From Azolla caroliniana (Eukaryota > Plantae > Polypodiophyta), in assembly GCA_043228905.1 (NCBI GenBank), contig JBHGNT010000004.1, positions 14,880,001 through 14,944,000 of the forward strand: a DNA stretch of 64,000 nt, in the 5' to 3' direction. Below the pieces are notes generated by a model. The model ran no database searches and was not told the DNA's origin. It saw only the letters and a program-made list of their open reading frames with translations. Position 1 is the first letter of the stretch, and each line of letters opens with the position of its first letter. Shown here one piece after another: positions 46,653 to 59,875 of the stretch. A program made the position numbers and the translations under genes.

Positions 46653-47283
46653 ATTCCAAGAGCAACTTGTGTATCCATGCGTTCTATTTTATATGCTAGA
46701 TGGTCACCGTCCATGCCGTCACATCCTCCAAATTTGTCATAATTCTGGGATCACTAAGAGAACTTAGCTCATAAGATGTGATTACTAGTGCCGCCCCTCC
46801 CTCTATCCATGAAGCTTTTAGAGACTCATTATCGGTGCACATCAAGTGTTCAAACACTTGAAAAGAAACTCTTCTTGGAAAAAGATAACACTCTTGAAGC
46901 ACATGCATCATGAAATCTTGCATAATTACAAACCCATTGGATACTTACTACTTTCTTAAGTAATGGAACATTCTTACACTTTGCATGAGTTTTAATGTTA
47001 ACATGAACTTTTGCCACGAAATAAATCCCAACCAAAACATTGATACAGTTGAACTTGTTGCGTGATTGTCAAAAGCTTGTACTTCAATTATTGTCACTTC
47101 TGAAATGGCCGCATAGGTAAGGAGGGTTATATCCTCATCCTCGATCATACAAAAGAACACTTCTCAATCAATGTTTGGCCTCAAGTGCATAACTAATCTA
47201 TGTGATTTTGCTTTGCACAACCTTTCATATTTTTGAACTTTTTGATTGTTGAGGAAAAGTCGTACACATACTTGAAATCTCAA

Positions 47284-49398
47284 TTATAAAACGTTGGAAT
47301 ATTGGGAATTGGGGAAGCTAGAAAAGTTCAAGGTGCAAGTGGGAGGTAAGGGTATGGGTTGATCGACAAAATTGCCTTCAAGGAAAGCCTTTGCTACCAG
47401 CTCATAAAAGTGTTGAGTAAGATGAATTCCGTCCCAATTTATGTAGCTGGATGGATTGGGACAAGCCCCCACAGTCATATTCCTCTCATTAATCACTCCC
47501 GTCTGAGCACATTGCACTGTGGCGTTGTAGTTATATTCCCCTCCATATCCACAGCATGCCTTATGTTTCTCTGTGAACCCTACATCATGCCACAATTCAT
47601 TTCTAACTAAATATCTCTTCTTCATGTATGTATGTATGTATGTATGTATGTATGTCTGTGTGATAGATAATAAATACATTGCTAAAAATAAATGTGTGTG
47701 TGTGTGTATCCATGCATATGAATGTATACATACATTCCTCTCGGACAAACTGACATCCACAAACATCTATCTATGACTTACCATATGCCGTTGCATTCAA
47801 GAGGATATCAACATTGATTCCAAAATAGTCTCCAAATGCAATATGGGCCTCTTCTAGCTTGGACCGTAGCTCAATCACAGCTTCAAGGAGCTTCTCATTG
47901 TGGTATTGAACATAATTATTGACTGCTTTCACACATCCAAGTGAGTCCAGATCTTCAGGTTGATGTGGAAGGAGAGTTAGAAGCCTTGAGATGCATCCAT
48001 CTGCAGCAATACCCACTACAAGGAAATTCCTCGCTCCCTCCTCATACAATCCCTAAATAGAACTCAACGACATTTATTCACAAAGTTATCCGTTCATTGA
48101 TAGACCATGTTAACTCTGTGTGTGTGTGTGTGTGTGTGTGTATAGTCTATTCATGTGAACAAGCCAAGCCTTACTAAACTCCACTAAATGAGAGGAAAAC
48201 ATACATATGGTCTTTCCAAATCTTAACTCAATGAATCCATATGATAATTATTTTATATTGCATTAAGTTTCAAAATCTGTACATATCCTCATTGCATGTA
48301 AACATATAATGCTGAATTTACTAATGTGGATCTCATGTACTCCCTTTAATGAACTAGATTCGGAAACTAGCTTAGATAACATGATCCCATTCATTCATGT
48401 GAACTAAATTCGAAAACTGAGATGTGATGTGTGATGCCAGGATATCCTAAATGAAGTTAACCATGGAACGAGCATCACGATATGTTACTTACCTCAACAA
48501 CTTCTCTTGTATATTGAATCACATCGGGTACTAATAGGTCCTTGACCTCATCTACAGTAAGTTTGTAAGTGACGATGCCAGCTCGGTAATCATTTTCTCC
48601 AGTGGAAATCACGTACAAACCCTCTCCAAAGTATACATTCGGGGGCAAGTAGGAGCTGTCTATATTGATAGTGAGAAAAACAAGCATAAATAAATATTGA
48701 GTATGAATGAGCAGTTAAAGAGAAATGAGGCGAGGCAACCACGTTTGGTTTGGTCATATGATGCTATGTAGACATGATGGTGATACCTTTGCATTGTTGT
48801 TGCACATAATGTGACTTGAACTTCTTAAACTGGTTGAATTGTCGCTGCAAGTAGAAAGGAGAAGGGGCATAGTCGGGAATGACAGCTGACGAGGACATTG
48901 CAAAGTTGACACCGTGTCGGAAATCGACATCTATGACCCCAAAGTAGGGATGTAGGAAGGGCAGTCCATATGCTTGAGCTACATACACAACACACAACAG
49001 AGTGAAGGAGATCTTTTGAAAATCATTGGAAAACCACAGATGGAGAGGTTGAAAGAAAGAAAGCAATAGAAAACAAAACCAAAAAAATAGAATTAATACG
49101 ATTTCTGAAAATGATTCTAATCAACGGGCAGAGAGAAACCTTGGAAGTCTATGACGAGGCGGCCATCACAGAATCGATCTGCAGGGTATCCGAAGTAAGA
49201 GATCCCATAAGGAGGCATTTCGGATCGGCTCTCAGTCGGATATGCAGCTTGGAGGTTTCCTGTGTCTGCTTTCGAATCGCCAAAGCTGAACAGGCTTGGA
49301 AAACAGGAATAGGAGGAAGACGAAGAAGAAACAAACCCTGAAGTAGTTGTAGCAATGGTGATGAAAACCACCAGCAACTTCATTTCCTTGTTCATCAT
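47284..49398 (-). CDS. GDSL esterase/lipase (SGNH hydrolase), 5 exons: 49398-49140, 48978-48787, 48659-48493, 48052-47782, 47579-47284; 394 aa
   Basis: Signal-peptide-like N-terminus. FGDSKADTGN, RFCDGRLVIDF, GVNFA, GENDY, GARNFLV, ACCGYGG and WDGIHLT. All four introns are GT-AG and the joined 1185-nt frame is open. Confidence 0.95.
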
Positions 49399-49656
49399 CT
49401 CTCTAATGCAGATGGAGATGCAGGTGCAGGTGCAGGTGCAGGGGGGCTCTTTCTTCTTCTGCTGCTGCTCATTCTACACTTTTTATTATGAGTATTCTCT
49501 CTCCTTCCATGAGAGAGAGAGAGAGGAGAGAGAGACCCATTGTAACTTGTAAGTAAGTGTTTTTCACACACATTTATTAAATACATAATTGTGTGTTTTT
49601 TACACACATTTATTAATATAATTGTGTGCTCTTATGAGAGAGAGAGAGAGAGAGAG

Positions 49657-49870
49657 CCTAGATGGGATGTAGCTCTGTTGGTACGGTTCCCTAATGGAGA
49701 CCAAGAGGTTCCAAGAGGTCCTGGGTTCAACCCATACATTCCACCACAATGGCATCTAGTGAATTAAGAGATATAGATTATATCTATATAATAGAGAGGT
49801 GAGGAAATTGGGTTTGAAACCCAAGATGTAGTGTAAACGACTTACCACTAGGGTAAATGATAATAAAATA
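49657..49870 (+). mobile_element. Putative tRNA-derived SINE inserted in a (GA)n microsatellite upstream of the GDSL gene
   Basis: GGGATGTAGCTCTGTTGGTA (tRNA-Ala-like start, A box) at 49664, B box GGTTCAACCC at 49724-49733, A-rich end, (GA)n on both sides. Confidence 0.6.
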
Positions 49871-52184
49871 GAGAGAGAGAGAGAGAGATTCTTACCAGCT
49901 CCTTCGATACATAAACAAACATAACGAATGTATATAATTAACTTCAGTCCATCGATACACTTCCTTTTTCTTCGTCATCTTCTTATTCGTGATCCGCCTT
50001 CTCCCCCACCCAATTCAATTGACATAATAAGTAATGTATATGGATCATGCAGATGATGCAATCATACATGGCCTACATATATATATAAAGAAGAAGAAGA
50101 AAAGGTGAAAAAGGTGCATGATCCATATACATACATATACACAACCATGTACTTACTATTATTCTTGAGTCTACACTTTCTAAAAGACGTATCTATCTAT
50201 CTATCTATCTTATCATTCCCTACCTACACACTCACGTAATTACATATATATGCTGCAATATGCATATGAAGCAATCAATCTACAACCACCTTGCCCATGA
50301 TGCCCATGTAATGTAATGTATGTCCATACCTCTTGGGATCCTTCCCCTCCCCTACTACGTGGTTGAGTTGGCACCCACCATAAATAAAAGCAATTCATAA
50401 GAACTCACGTCCTCTTAAACAACTCTTCTGATGATAGAAAGTATGTACATATGGATCTCTACTTTATACATTTATTTATCATTTTCATCCCACATGTTAT
50501 AGTTTGGAGGAAGAAAGAGACAAATACACTTTTACATGTTCTTTACACAAGTAAACGTTCTTTCGTCCTAATAAAAGGGGATCATCATGCTATCCTAAAA
50601 ATCTTATCCCCTTGGTTTAGTTGGCCAAGATGTATTTCAATTTGGAATATTTTACAATTTGCCATGGTTTATGTAATTTCACATGATGAGTGACCCTTCA
50701 ACCTTTGAAAGGAGACAAACAACTTCAACAATCCGTTATGCCAAAAATGTAAGAACCACACCTTATATCTCTCTTCGAGCAAAACCAGTTGTCGTAAAAT
50801 ACGTCATGTGGAAAAAAAGGGATGATGCATAACCATTGGATATCATAATCACATCAAGCAAACCACTCTATTATGAGAACATGTACCAATTATAACCTCT
50901 TGGGTGTGCTCCACAAGAATATGTTGCATTTCATGCAATGCAAGGGTTACATGTTAGGGCTAACAACCTATTATATTTATAGGAACTTTAGAAAGAGTGC
51001 TAAGGGTGGGAGAGTTTCCATTTAGACATTGAGTTATATTTTTATTTGCTCATTTAGGAGCATATGTCCTTGAGCCTTTAATGTATCAATCCCTTTGTTG
51101 TAATTTTTATGAACATTGAATGATCAAATGAGAGGTTAAATGGATGTGCGAAAGGGAGGAAGAGAGGACAAGAGGATGTTGAGTTGAGAGTTTGAGCAGA
51201 TACAAGGGTGAGAGGATGAGCTCATGGAAGAGTAGGAAAATGAGGATGAGTGGATACAGTTTAGGAGGATTAATAGAATGGATTCATTTGGGAGGATTTG
51301 GTACAGGGAAATTAGATAACAAGTCTAGAAGTAGAAATAACGAAAAAGGAGACAATATGTAATAAAAAGTATGAGGTTAAAGGGTAAGGCTATCGAGTAT
51401 ATAGAGAGGGTCATAGAGTTGAAGTTTTAATTGGAGCATATAGGATTTCATGCTTTTACATATTTTCTAGAAAGGAGATATATGAGCATTAAATGTGGTT
51501 GGTGGCACCTCTCTCATTATAAAAAGAGGAAAAGACTCATTTTGGGGTTAGGAGTTCTTTTTGCATTTGAGGGTTTTGAGAGCTCAAGAGGTCTTTATCT
51601 TCTGGTTTTAGAGTTCTTTTTCTTATTTTCATTTGGTTTAAGGTAGGGTGAGGCCTCGTCGATACCAAGTACCTTGGATCCTCATTGATAGTTTAAGTGG
51701 TCTACCCTCAACCTCATCACCATCGTTGTAAACACTCCTCTCAATCACCATCACAATTATTTTGTAATAGCATTGTAATCCCTGTTACTCGAACTAGAGA
51801 GGATGGATCGAACTCAAGTTATCGTGTTCAATCATCGAAAATTCTTTATTTCTTCTAAAAGCTCATGTGTGTAGATGTGTAAGTGTGATAAATAATTTAA
51901 ATTAGAGGTATATATATGTTAGGTCATTTGTTTTTATGTGTGTGTGTGTATGAGAATATATTCACATGTTCGATTGTAGGTATGCGATTGATTGCTTATT
52001 TTGATGTGAATAAGAAAATGTAAATGTGTAAATATTTTCTCATGAGAATGTAGGTGAATGCATGTGTATTTGAGCTTAAGAATATATCATAAATGTTTAC
52101 ATGTAAATATATGTATATACATGTAAAATAAAGCCTATTTGAGCTTAAGAAGCCAATCTTCAACCATTCAAATAGGCTATCACA

Positions 52185-54402
52185 GAAGCCGGGTTCTTAG
52201 AAGTCGACTAAGAGAGAGTCGGCAACAGATCCAAGTCAAAGACAAGACCGACTAGTCGGGCCGACGACAAGATTGACTAGTTGGGCCGATTGGACAAACG
52301 ACATAAGATTCGGCTAGTCGACTAATCGAATCAACTAGTCGACCAATCGATTGATTAATTGTTAGTGCTATTAGTTTAATAATAGGAATGTAAGTAGTAG
52401 AGGCTACATTTGTAAATAGCCCATGTAGTGTATAAGTATAAATACACTTAGGGCAAAACCTAGTTGTACATAGTGTGTAGAACAAGAGTAGAACTGAGAA
52501 CCGTGTGCACAGTGTGAGTTAGAGAGGAAGTGACGCCATAGTTGAGTGAGCTTAGTATAAACTATTGTACAGAGAGTGTTGTATTGTTGTCTCCTCCTGT
52601 TTTAAGGCTGTATAGTTGAATATCTTTGTTCTTGTGGTTTTTCGCGTTTTAGGGTTTTCCACGTAAATCTCTGTGTTGTTTTCTATTTCTACTCGATTTG
52701 TGTATTATAACATATCTTTTGTGGATCAACGATTCGATTATCTACAATCTAGTATTAGAGCTCGAGGTGCAAGCATGGAAGGAGGTGTGAGCGGCTTCCT
52801 AGGTATGATAGTTCTAAACTCACAGACTATGCAGACTGGAAGATAAAGATGGAAGACCTTCTCATAGTCAAAAACCTGTACAAGCCCATCGATAGAGCAA
52901 AAATAACCACGAGGGTGTTAGAATCTAAATGGAAACTTCTGAACAGAAAGGTGGTGGTCACCATCAAACAATGCGTCGATGTAAGTGTCCTTTAGCATGT
53001 GGTGAACGACACAAATGCCTATGAGATGTGACAGAAGCTCTTAGGTCTATATGAGAGGAAGAACACCCTCAACAAAACATCCTTGATGAGAAATATTGTG
53101 AGGTTGAAATACAGGGATGGAGAAAGCATAGTGGAGCATGTGAGCACATTCATGGGGTATGTGAACCAACTTGTTGCAACCAAGTCTCCCCTTGAAGATG
53201 TCATGTAGGCCATCCTACTATTGTGCACCTTGTCGGACAACTGGGAGAACGTGGTGGTGACTCTCAACACCTCGTGTCAAAAAGAGAACTTGTCTCTTCA
53301 AGTGGTAAAGACAAGCATCTTGAATGAGGAGACAAGAAGGAAGGTCAAGGGTGTCCTGTCCCAGTCAGAGTCAAACTTGACTCAACATACCGACAAAGGA
53401 AGGAACTGGCAAAGAAGTCCACCAAGGAGAGAAAAGTCTCAAGCCAGGTCCAAGTCCAAAGGTAAGCTGACATGCTTTTATTGTGGAAAGCTTGGACACT
53501 TTCAGAAGGACTGCAAATACATGAGGAAGAACAAAGGTGTCAGTAATGATGTCGAACCTAGAAAGATTCCTGATGAAAAGGGCACATCAGCTGTAGCTAC
53601 AAGTGCAGAAGAGATCTTGTTCATTTGTGAGCACGCAAGCACAAATCTTGCAAGTGAAGAGTGTACATGGGTAATCGACTCAGGTGCATCTTTCCCTATA
53701 ACTCCGTCGAATGAGTCTTTCTCGACTTACACAACCGGTGATCATGGCTATGTAAAGATGGGAGATAATGGGGAATGCAAGATAGCCGACATAGGAAGTG
53801 TAAGCCTAATGACATCGACAGGTTGTCGAATGACTCTAAGGGAGGTTCGACATGTCCCTGATATCAAATTGAATTTGATATCGACTGGAAGATTGGATGA
53901 TGAAGGTTATAGTGGTAGCTTCCGAAATGGCAAGTGGAAGTTCTGCCAAGGAAACCACGGCTCGAGCACAGAAAGAGGGCACATTGTATATGATGCATGC
54001 CTGACTGTGCAAGTCGGAAGTGAATGTGGCAGCCAACTTGAGTGGAGAGTTATGGCATAAGAGGCTAGGCCACATTGTTAGGAATCAGGTCCCTCCGGAT
54101 GGGAAGTGAGAAGAACAATGTTGATGAGCGGCCTCGGCCAAAACCGGATGTGGTGTACCCGGCTACGGAAGACCCGGTGAGAACCGGATGACGAGTACCC
54201 GGCAAGAGCCGGATGGTGAAGGCCCGGTGAGAAGTACTCACCGGATGAAGGGACATATTCGTAAATATGTTTTCTGAGAGTCCATCGGGGCTATATTTGT
54301 AAATAGCCGAAAAGTCATATTAGTATAAATATGACTTAGGGCAAACTTAGTGGTATTGTAGTTGTCATTCTTGTTGGTGCAAGATTTGAGTGCGTAACTA
54401 TG

Positions 54403-54456
<54 letters not shown>

Positions 54457-56209
54457 GAGGTCGTTGCCTCTGTTGTAACCGCCGCCTGTGGCGAAGATAG
54501 CAAGCTCGAGGTCGTTGCCTCGGTGCTTTACTATTGTACATTGTGATATAGTGATAGTTTGCAGTCTGTGGGCTGCCGTGGTTTTTCCCTAGTTTGGGTT
54601 TTTCCATGTTAACATCCTGTGTACTCTTCTCTTCACTGTGTCGTGCGTTCATTACCCGTTTTCTGTGTTTGATTCTAGGCTCGGTTGTGGCCAAGCGTTG
54701 TTCTTCGGGAGTGTGTATTCCTGTCACACATGAGTGAAAAGGGAATGACATCCCTAAGATCAGCTTCGCCGGTCCAATATCTTTCATGGCAAACGACTTG
54801 CCTAATGCTTTCTTCAAGCTCACGATACTCTTCGTGTCTTGGACGACTATCGGTATGTCATCGACATATAATAAGAGAACCAAGACACCTTCATTGTACC
54901 TTTTGATGAAGACACCGTGATCAACCAATGTTTTCTGAAATTGATGTTCCATCATGAAGGATTCAAACTTCTTATACCATTGGCGTGGAGCTTGTTTCAA
55001 CCCATACAAGCTTTTCTTTAGTCGACACACTAGGTTCTCTTTCCCTTTCTCCTCAAAGCCCAAGGGTTGTTGCATGTAGATCTCTTTATCCAGCTCCTTG
55101 TGCAAGAATGTTGTCTTGACATCTAACAGTTTCATCTCCAAGTCCATAATGGCAGCTATTCTTAGAAAAGTTCAAATTGATGTCATCTTCACGACTGATG
55201 CGAATATTTTGTCAAAGTCGACACCGTTTTTATGTTGGAACCCCTTTACCACTATCCAGGCTTTATATCTGGGTGCATTGTCGACTTCTCCAGTCTTTAC
55301 CTTGTAGACCCATTTATTCTTGATTGCTCTCTTACCTTTAGGCAACTCTACTAGGTCATAGGTGTAATTTTTGCACAAGGAGTCCATCTCATATTGCATT
55401 GCACTTAGCCATTTCTTCTTGTGGTCATTGACAATGGCTTCATCATAGCACTCATCGGTGTGTTCCAGCTCCAATAGAACTTCAATTCTTCTCAGTGGTC
55501 TTGAGTGGAATGTTGTACTGTTCTACTTTCAGACTAAGCAGTCAACACATTTCTCCAATTGTACTCCTTTCACTTTTAGGAGAAGTTCATGGTCGACCAA
55601 CATATTGCACATAGTTCGGGACAAAATTGAAACTGCTATGGTTGTCACAAGAGAAGTATGTGACAAAGATCCTAGAGAGATTCAACATGTCGGAAGCAAA
55701 GCCTGTCGGCTCCGTGTTGCTGTCCAACTACAAGCTGAATCCTAAGCAATGCCCCAGAGGGGAGAAAGTAAAGGCTGAGATGAGGAAAGTATCATATGCC
55801 TCAACCGTCGGCACTTTAATGTATGCCATAGTCTGCACGAGACCAGACATAGCATTTGTTGTGGGGGTAATAAGCTGATACATGAGTAATCTAGGACGAG
55901 AACACTAGGCAACTGTTAAATGGATACTCAGGTACTTGAAAGGTACCTTGAGGGTATGCCTAAGGTATGGTGTCGGAAAACCTATGCTCGAAGGTTTTAC
56001 TGATTTGGACATGTCGGGGGATGTAGACTCCAGCCGATTCACATCAGGGTACGTGATGACCTATGCTGGGGGAGCAGTGTCGTGGCAGGCACATCTATAG
56101 AAATCTGTGGCTTTGTTGACCATAGAGGGAGAGTACATGGTAGCGGTAGAAGCCGGCAAAGAGTTGATTTGGATGAAATTTTTCTTAGTGAGTTGGGAAT
56201 GAAACAAAT
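52185..56209 (+). mobile_element. Old, rearranged copia element (family C): 5'-incomplete LTR to 52746, decayed PBS 52750-52761, gag from 52775, internal inversion ~54749-55606, RT/RNase H to 56209
   Basis: TAGTATTAGAGC. KMEDLLIV gag, WVIDSGAS, LWHKRLGH. RT segment on the minus strand flanked by plus-strand continuation. Confidence 0.88.
54076..54726 (+). mobile_element. Family A solo LTR (651 bp), TSD CACAT
   Basis: TGTTAGGAA...CCTGTCA, closely similar to 6523-7248. CACAT at 54071-54075 and 54727-54731. Confidence 0.95.
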
Positions 56210-57727
56210 TGTTGAGCGGACAAGCTCAACTGGATCCGGATCGGAGTCCAGAATGAAGAATCGGATCTGTGTCCGAATGGTATTTGGAACCAGGAGCCGG
56301 ATCGGATTGTAACGGATAGGCCGTTAGAGACCTACGAATCTAGCCTAGTACGTAGGCAAATTTTTAGGAGTCAGTGTTAGTCGTTCGTATGAGCATTGAA
56401 GTATTTGTTAGTACTTCTATAAGTCCTTTTAAGGACTTGTATAAAAGTGCTCACAGAGCACATTGTATGTACAAAGAGTTTTATAGTGTTTTGGAATACA
56501 CACATTTTCTTTGTTTTGTTCTAACTCTGTCTCTCCGTGTAAGGTTTCCATTAAACCTGTATCTGTATTCTTTTGCTATCCGAACGAGCCAATTTTTTCT
56601 TAGCTTCCGCAATCGTATTCTTTTACATGGTATCAGAGCGCGAGGGTTGACAACCTCTACAACCGACAAGCATTTATTTTTGAAGAAAAACCCTAACATC
56701 CGGTAAATAACATGCAAAAGAAGAATATGGACTGAGGAATGGCTAGCTTGCTCCAAACGGAGAAGTTTGACAGATCCAACTATGCATGTTGGTCGTACAA
56801 GATGCACCAGTACTTGCTTGGGCATGGCTACTAGAGTTATGTCGATGGGGCTAATGATACGGCACCTGATGCAACACACAAGGACTTCCCGACTTGGGAA
56901 CAAGTAGCAAGCAGAGTTATGTGTTGCTTTGCGTCCAGTGTCGGCGATCAGCTGGAGAGCCATATCCGAGACGCCAAGACGCCAAAGAAAGCTTGGGGAA
57001 ACCTGAAGAAGATCTTCGCCGAAAGCACCACGTCCCGGAAGCTGCAACTTCGACAGGAGTTGAGCCATGTCTGACAGAAGGACGTGTCGGTGGCCGACTA
57101 TATGACCCAGATCAAAGACATCTGCGACTCACTTGCCTCTATCAACATAATCGTCGAGGAAGATGAGTTGGTGCAAATTTGTCTCGGGGGCCTGGTGTCA
57201 AAGTTCTGAGCATTCTAGACGGCGGTTTGTTCAAGGGAGAGTACGCCCTTGTTTTTCGACTTACAATCGATGCTCCTAGTAGAGGAGAACCACATAGGTG
57301 CGTCAACAAGCATGCACACCGATAGCAAGTTGTTGTACACGGAGGCAGATCCGCCTCGTGGTCGTGGTAGACGAGGTGGATTGGCACGTGGTGGAAGTGG
57401 CCGACAAGAGTAGAATCGAAGGCATAAAGATGGTGCCAACAACAATTCCGGACCCTCCGGAAACAAGGGGAGTCAAAGCGGCGTTGGAAACTGGCAAGAG
57501 AACACCGCAACAGAATGTTGGTACTGTGGTCGGAAGGGCCACAAACAGAGCGAGTGTTGGAAAAAACGCGCGTATTCAGACAAGTTCGGATCCGGCAAGG
57601 CCGGACGAGGAAGCCGACAAAGCTCGCACTACGCTGAGGAATCAGAAAAATCCGATTCTGGAAATGGAATAGGCCCAACCTTTGTGATGAAACACAAGGC
57701 TAACTCAATAATGAAGACCACTTCCGA
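56210..57727 (+). mobile_element. 5' part of a family B-related copia: LTR 56210-56627, PBS 56628-56639, degenerate gag
   Basis: TGTTGAGCGGACAAGCTCAAC...TTTTACA then TGGTATCAGAGC. gag and ECWYCGRKGHKQSECW knuckle; cut at 57728. Confidence 0.9.
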
Positions 57728-58366
57728 TGTCATGAAGATTTCGGGCCATAGTGAGAAATCAGAGAATATTGGAAGAATTGGCGGAGTGCACCATGTGCAC
57801 TTACCCTTGTAAAAACGTGTGAATATTAGGAGTTAAGTCGGGACAGAGGATCCCATATAATAAAGGATTTATCCCACATTGTTACACATCCCTCTCCTTG
57901 TTCTATAAAAGGAAGGGAGCACACTTTGTAAAAGGGTTGCCCATTTTGAGTTAGGAGGGTATACCACTTAGGTCTAGGGTTTGGTAGTGTTCTTCCTCTT
58001 CATCTTATTCTTGTTCCCTTAGGGTTTGTACTTTGGTCTTCACCCTATTTCGTTTTAGGGTTTCGTCTTGGTTTCTTCTTCTTCTTCTTCCCCTTCGTGT
58101 TTGTTTAGGGTTTGCTTCTGCTCGGTCCCCTGTACAAGACCCCGCTCGGCGAGACGAGCCTGAGAGCTCCCCGATTGGCGGCTTGGCAGCAGACTGCTGC
58201 TGTAACCTACCTTGGTCTGGCTCGAAGCCGGGGATGTATTCTTTCCCTTGTAATATACATACTCGTATGTGTTTGTGCATATTCGTGTATTTGGTGGTGT
58301 CGGAAGCACAACCCCTTGCTTCCTGTGCATAAGAGTTGGTGTCACGCGCACACTCTCCCTCTCCTT

Positions 58367-58407
<41 letters not shown>

Positions 58408-59773
58408 TTCGGTTGCATCCAGGTCGTGTCTGGTGTCGATTTTCTTGGCATCCCTCTTCTCCCTTGTCTGAGACCCCCTGTGGTCCCGCCCCTTCTACAC
58501 GCAAGCGCATAACAACGCGACATATTTGGTGAACCCGACGTGAAGGGCGGCAAGGGAGAATGGAGCTGGAAGAATACGACTTCACGTAGCTTTTTGTCGA
58601 AGCGGTGAGGGAGTTTGGACGATCAACAACAAGATGAGAGATGACGCAACAAGTGGTTGAGCGAGTGGTTGTAAGAGTCAGCCATTTCGACAGGGACAAA
58701 GTCCCATTTTACTTGGAAGCCTACAACGCGGAAATGGAGGAGCAAGACGTAGCCGAGGTGTTGAGGCTGGAGTTCTTTTGTCGGGTCGTCGTCATCCGTA
58801 TGCTTGCGGAAGTGAAGGAGCTCCGAGAAGCTCATAGTTCGTGGGAGGCCTTCGAAGAGGCGCTCCTGTAGGCATATGGGGGACGGCGGAAGAGCCGTGG
58901 ACGACGTGGACGACGTGGGTTCGATCAGTGGGTAGCATCGGCAAAGACCCACCGGGGTGCAACGAAGGTGTTTCGAGAGTTTGAGCGATGGCTTGCTCGG
59001 CTCCCGGAGCGGGAACAAGGTTTGGTGGGGGCGGACAAAGTTCTGTTGTTCGTTAAGTCGATCGACCGAGTGGAACGGGAGGCCATCAGCATTGAGCTCG
59101 AAGACGAGGATGGAGCGAATGGCCTTACCGAGGACTGGTCGAAGGTCGGAAGGGTATGCGAACAACTAGATGATGAGCGAGCCGAGAAGGCTAAGAGGAA
59201 GGTACGCGACGGCGTGCCATCACATTGGGAAGAGGCCGAACGGCAAAGAGAGTCGGCAAGGCTCAACTTCACGGCCAGGATTGCGAAGGTATACGCACCT
59301 CACGAGACAATGCTCGAGGATGAGGAAAGAACAAGGCCGCAAGCCGACGCCGAGGAGACAGACTTGCCCCACGAGATGGCAAAAGATTGGTACCACAGTA
59401 ACACGAGAGAGGGTGCAAAACAAAACGCCCTCTCGACTTGTGGAGATAGAACGACTGAGGACGAGGCCAAGATACCGATCGCGGGGTCGGAACGTTGGGA
59501 CCAGCGGTTTCGGGAACGATAGCCCGAAACTCCAGACATTGGAGAAGCAAGCCCAGGCGGGGCTTGCGCGATCGGTAAGAAGACGACCACCGACCCCGAG
59601 GAGCCGGTGGCTACGGACAAGGGCGTAAAATGGACGGGGGATTCTTCGCGTCTTCCCACACTTGCTCCCGCGACGATGGCAGTCGGGCCCGAGCGCCCAC
59701 GTGAGCCCCAAGAGGAGGAAGGGGGCGGCGAGAGACCGGGAATCACCGGTGAGACAATACGGGGAAGGAACGG
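57728..59773 (+). mobile_element. 5' part of a gypsy-family element: LTR 57728-58522, tRNA-Trp PBS 58527-58544, gag-like ORF ~58641-59522
   Basis: TGTCATGAAGA...CGCGACA. PBS TGGTGAACCCGACGTGAA is complementary to the 3' end of plant tRNA-Trp as I recall it. ORF has gag-like FDRDKVPFYLEAY...SWEAFEEALL. Confidence 0.82.
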
Positions 59774-59832
59774 TGTCGCGGAGTTTCGCGTTCACATGTA
59801 GGAAGAGGCGGGACCACGGGGGTCTTGGACCA

Positions 59833-59875
<43 letters not shown>

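Noticed and set aside
47580-47766. Extended N-terminus of the 160-aa ORF 47284-47766
   Set aside because: This is intron 4 of the GDSL gene containing (TACA)n and (CA)n microsatellites; the real exon starts at 47579.
50920-52184. Possible old solo LTR (purine-rich stretch, TATAAAA near 51517, IR and ...TATCACA end)
   Set aside because: I could not identify a matching 5' terminus or TSD, so it is not called as a feature.
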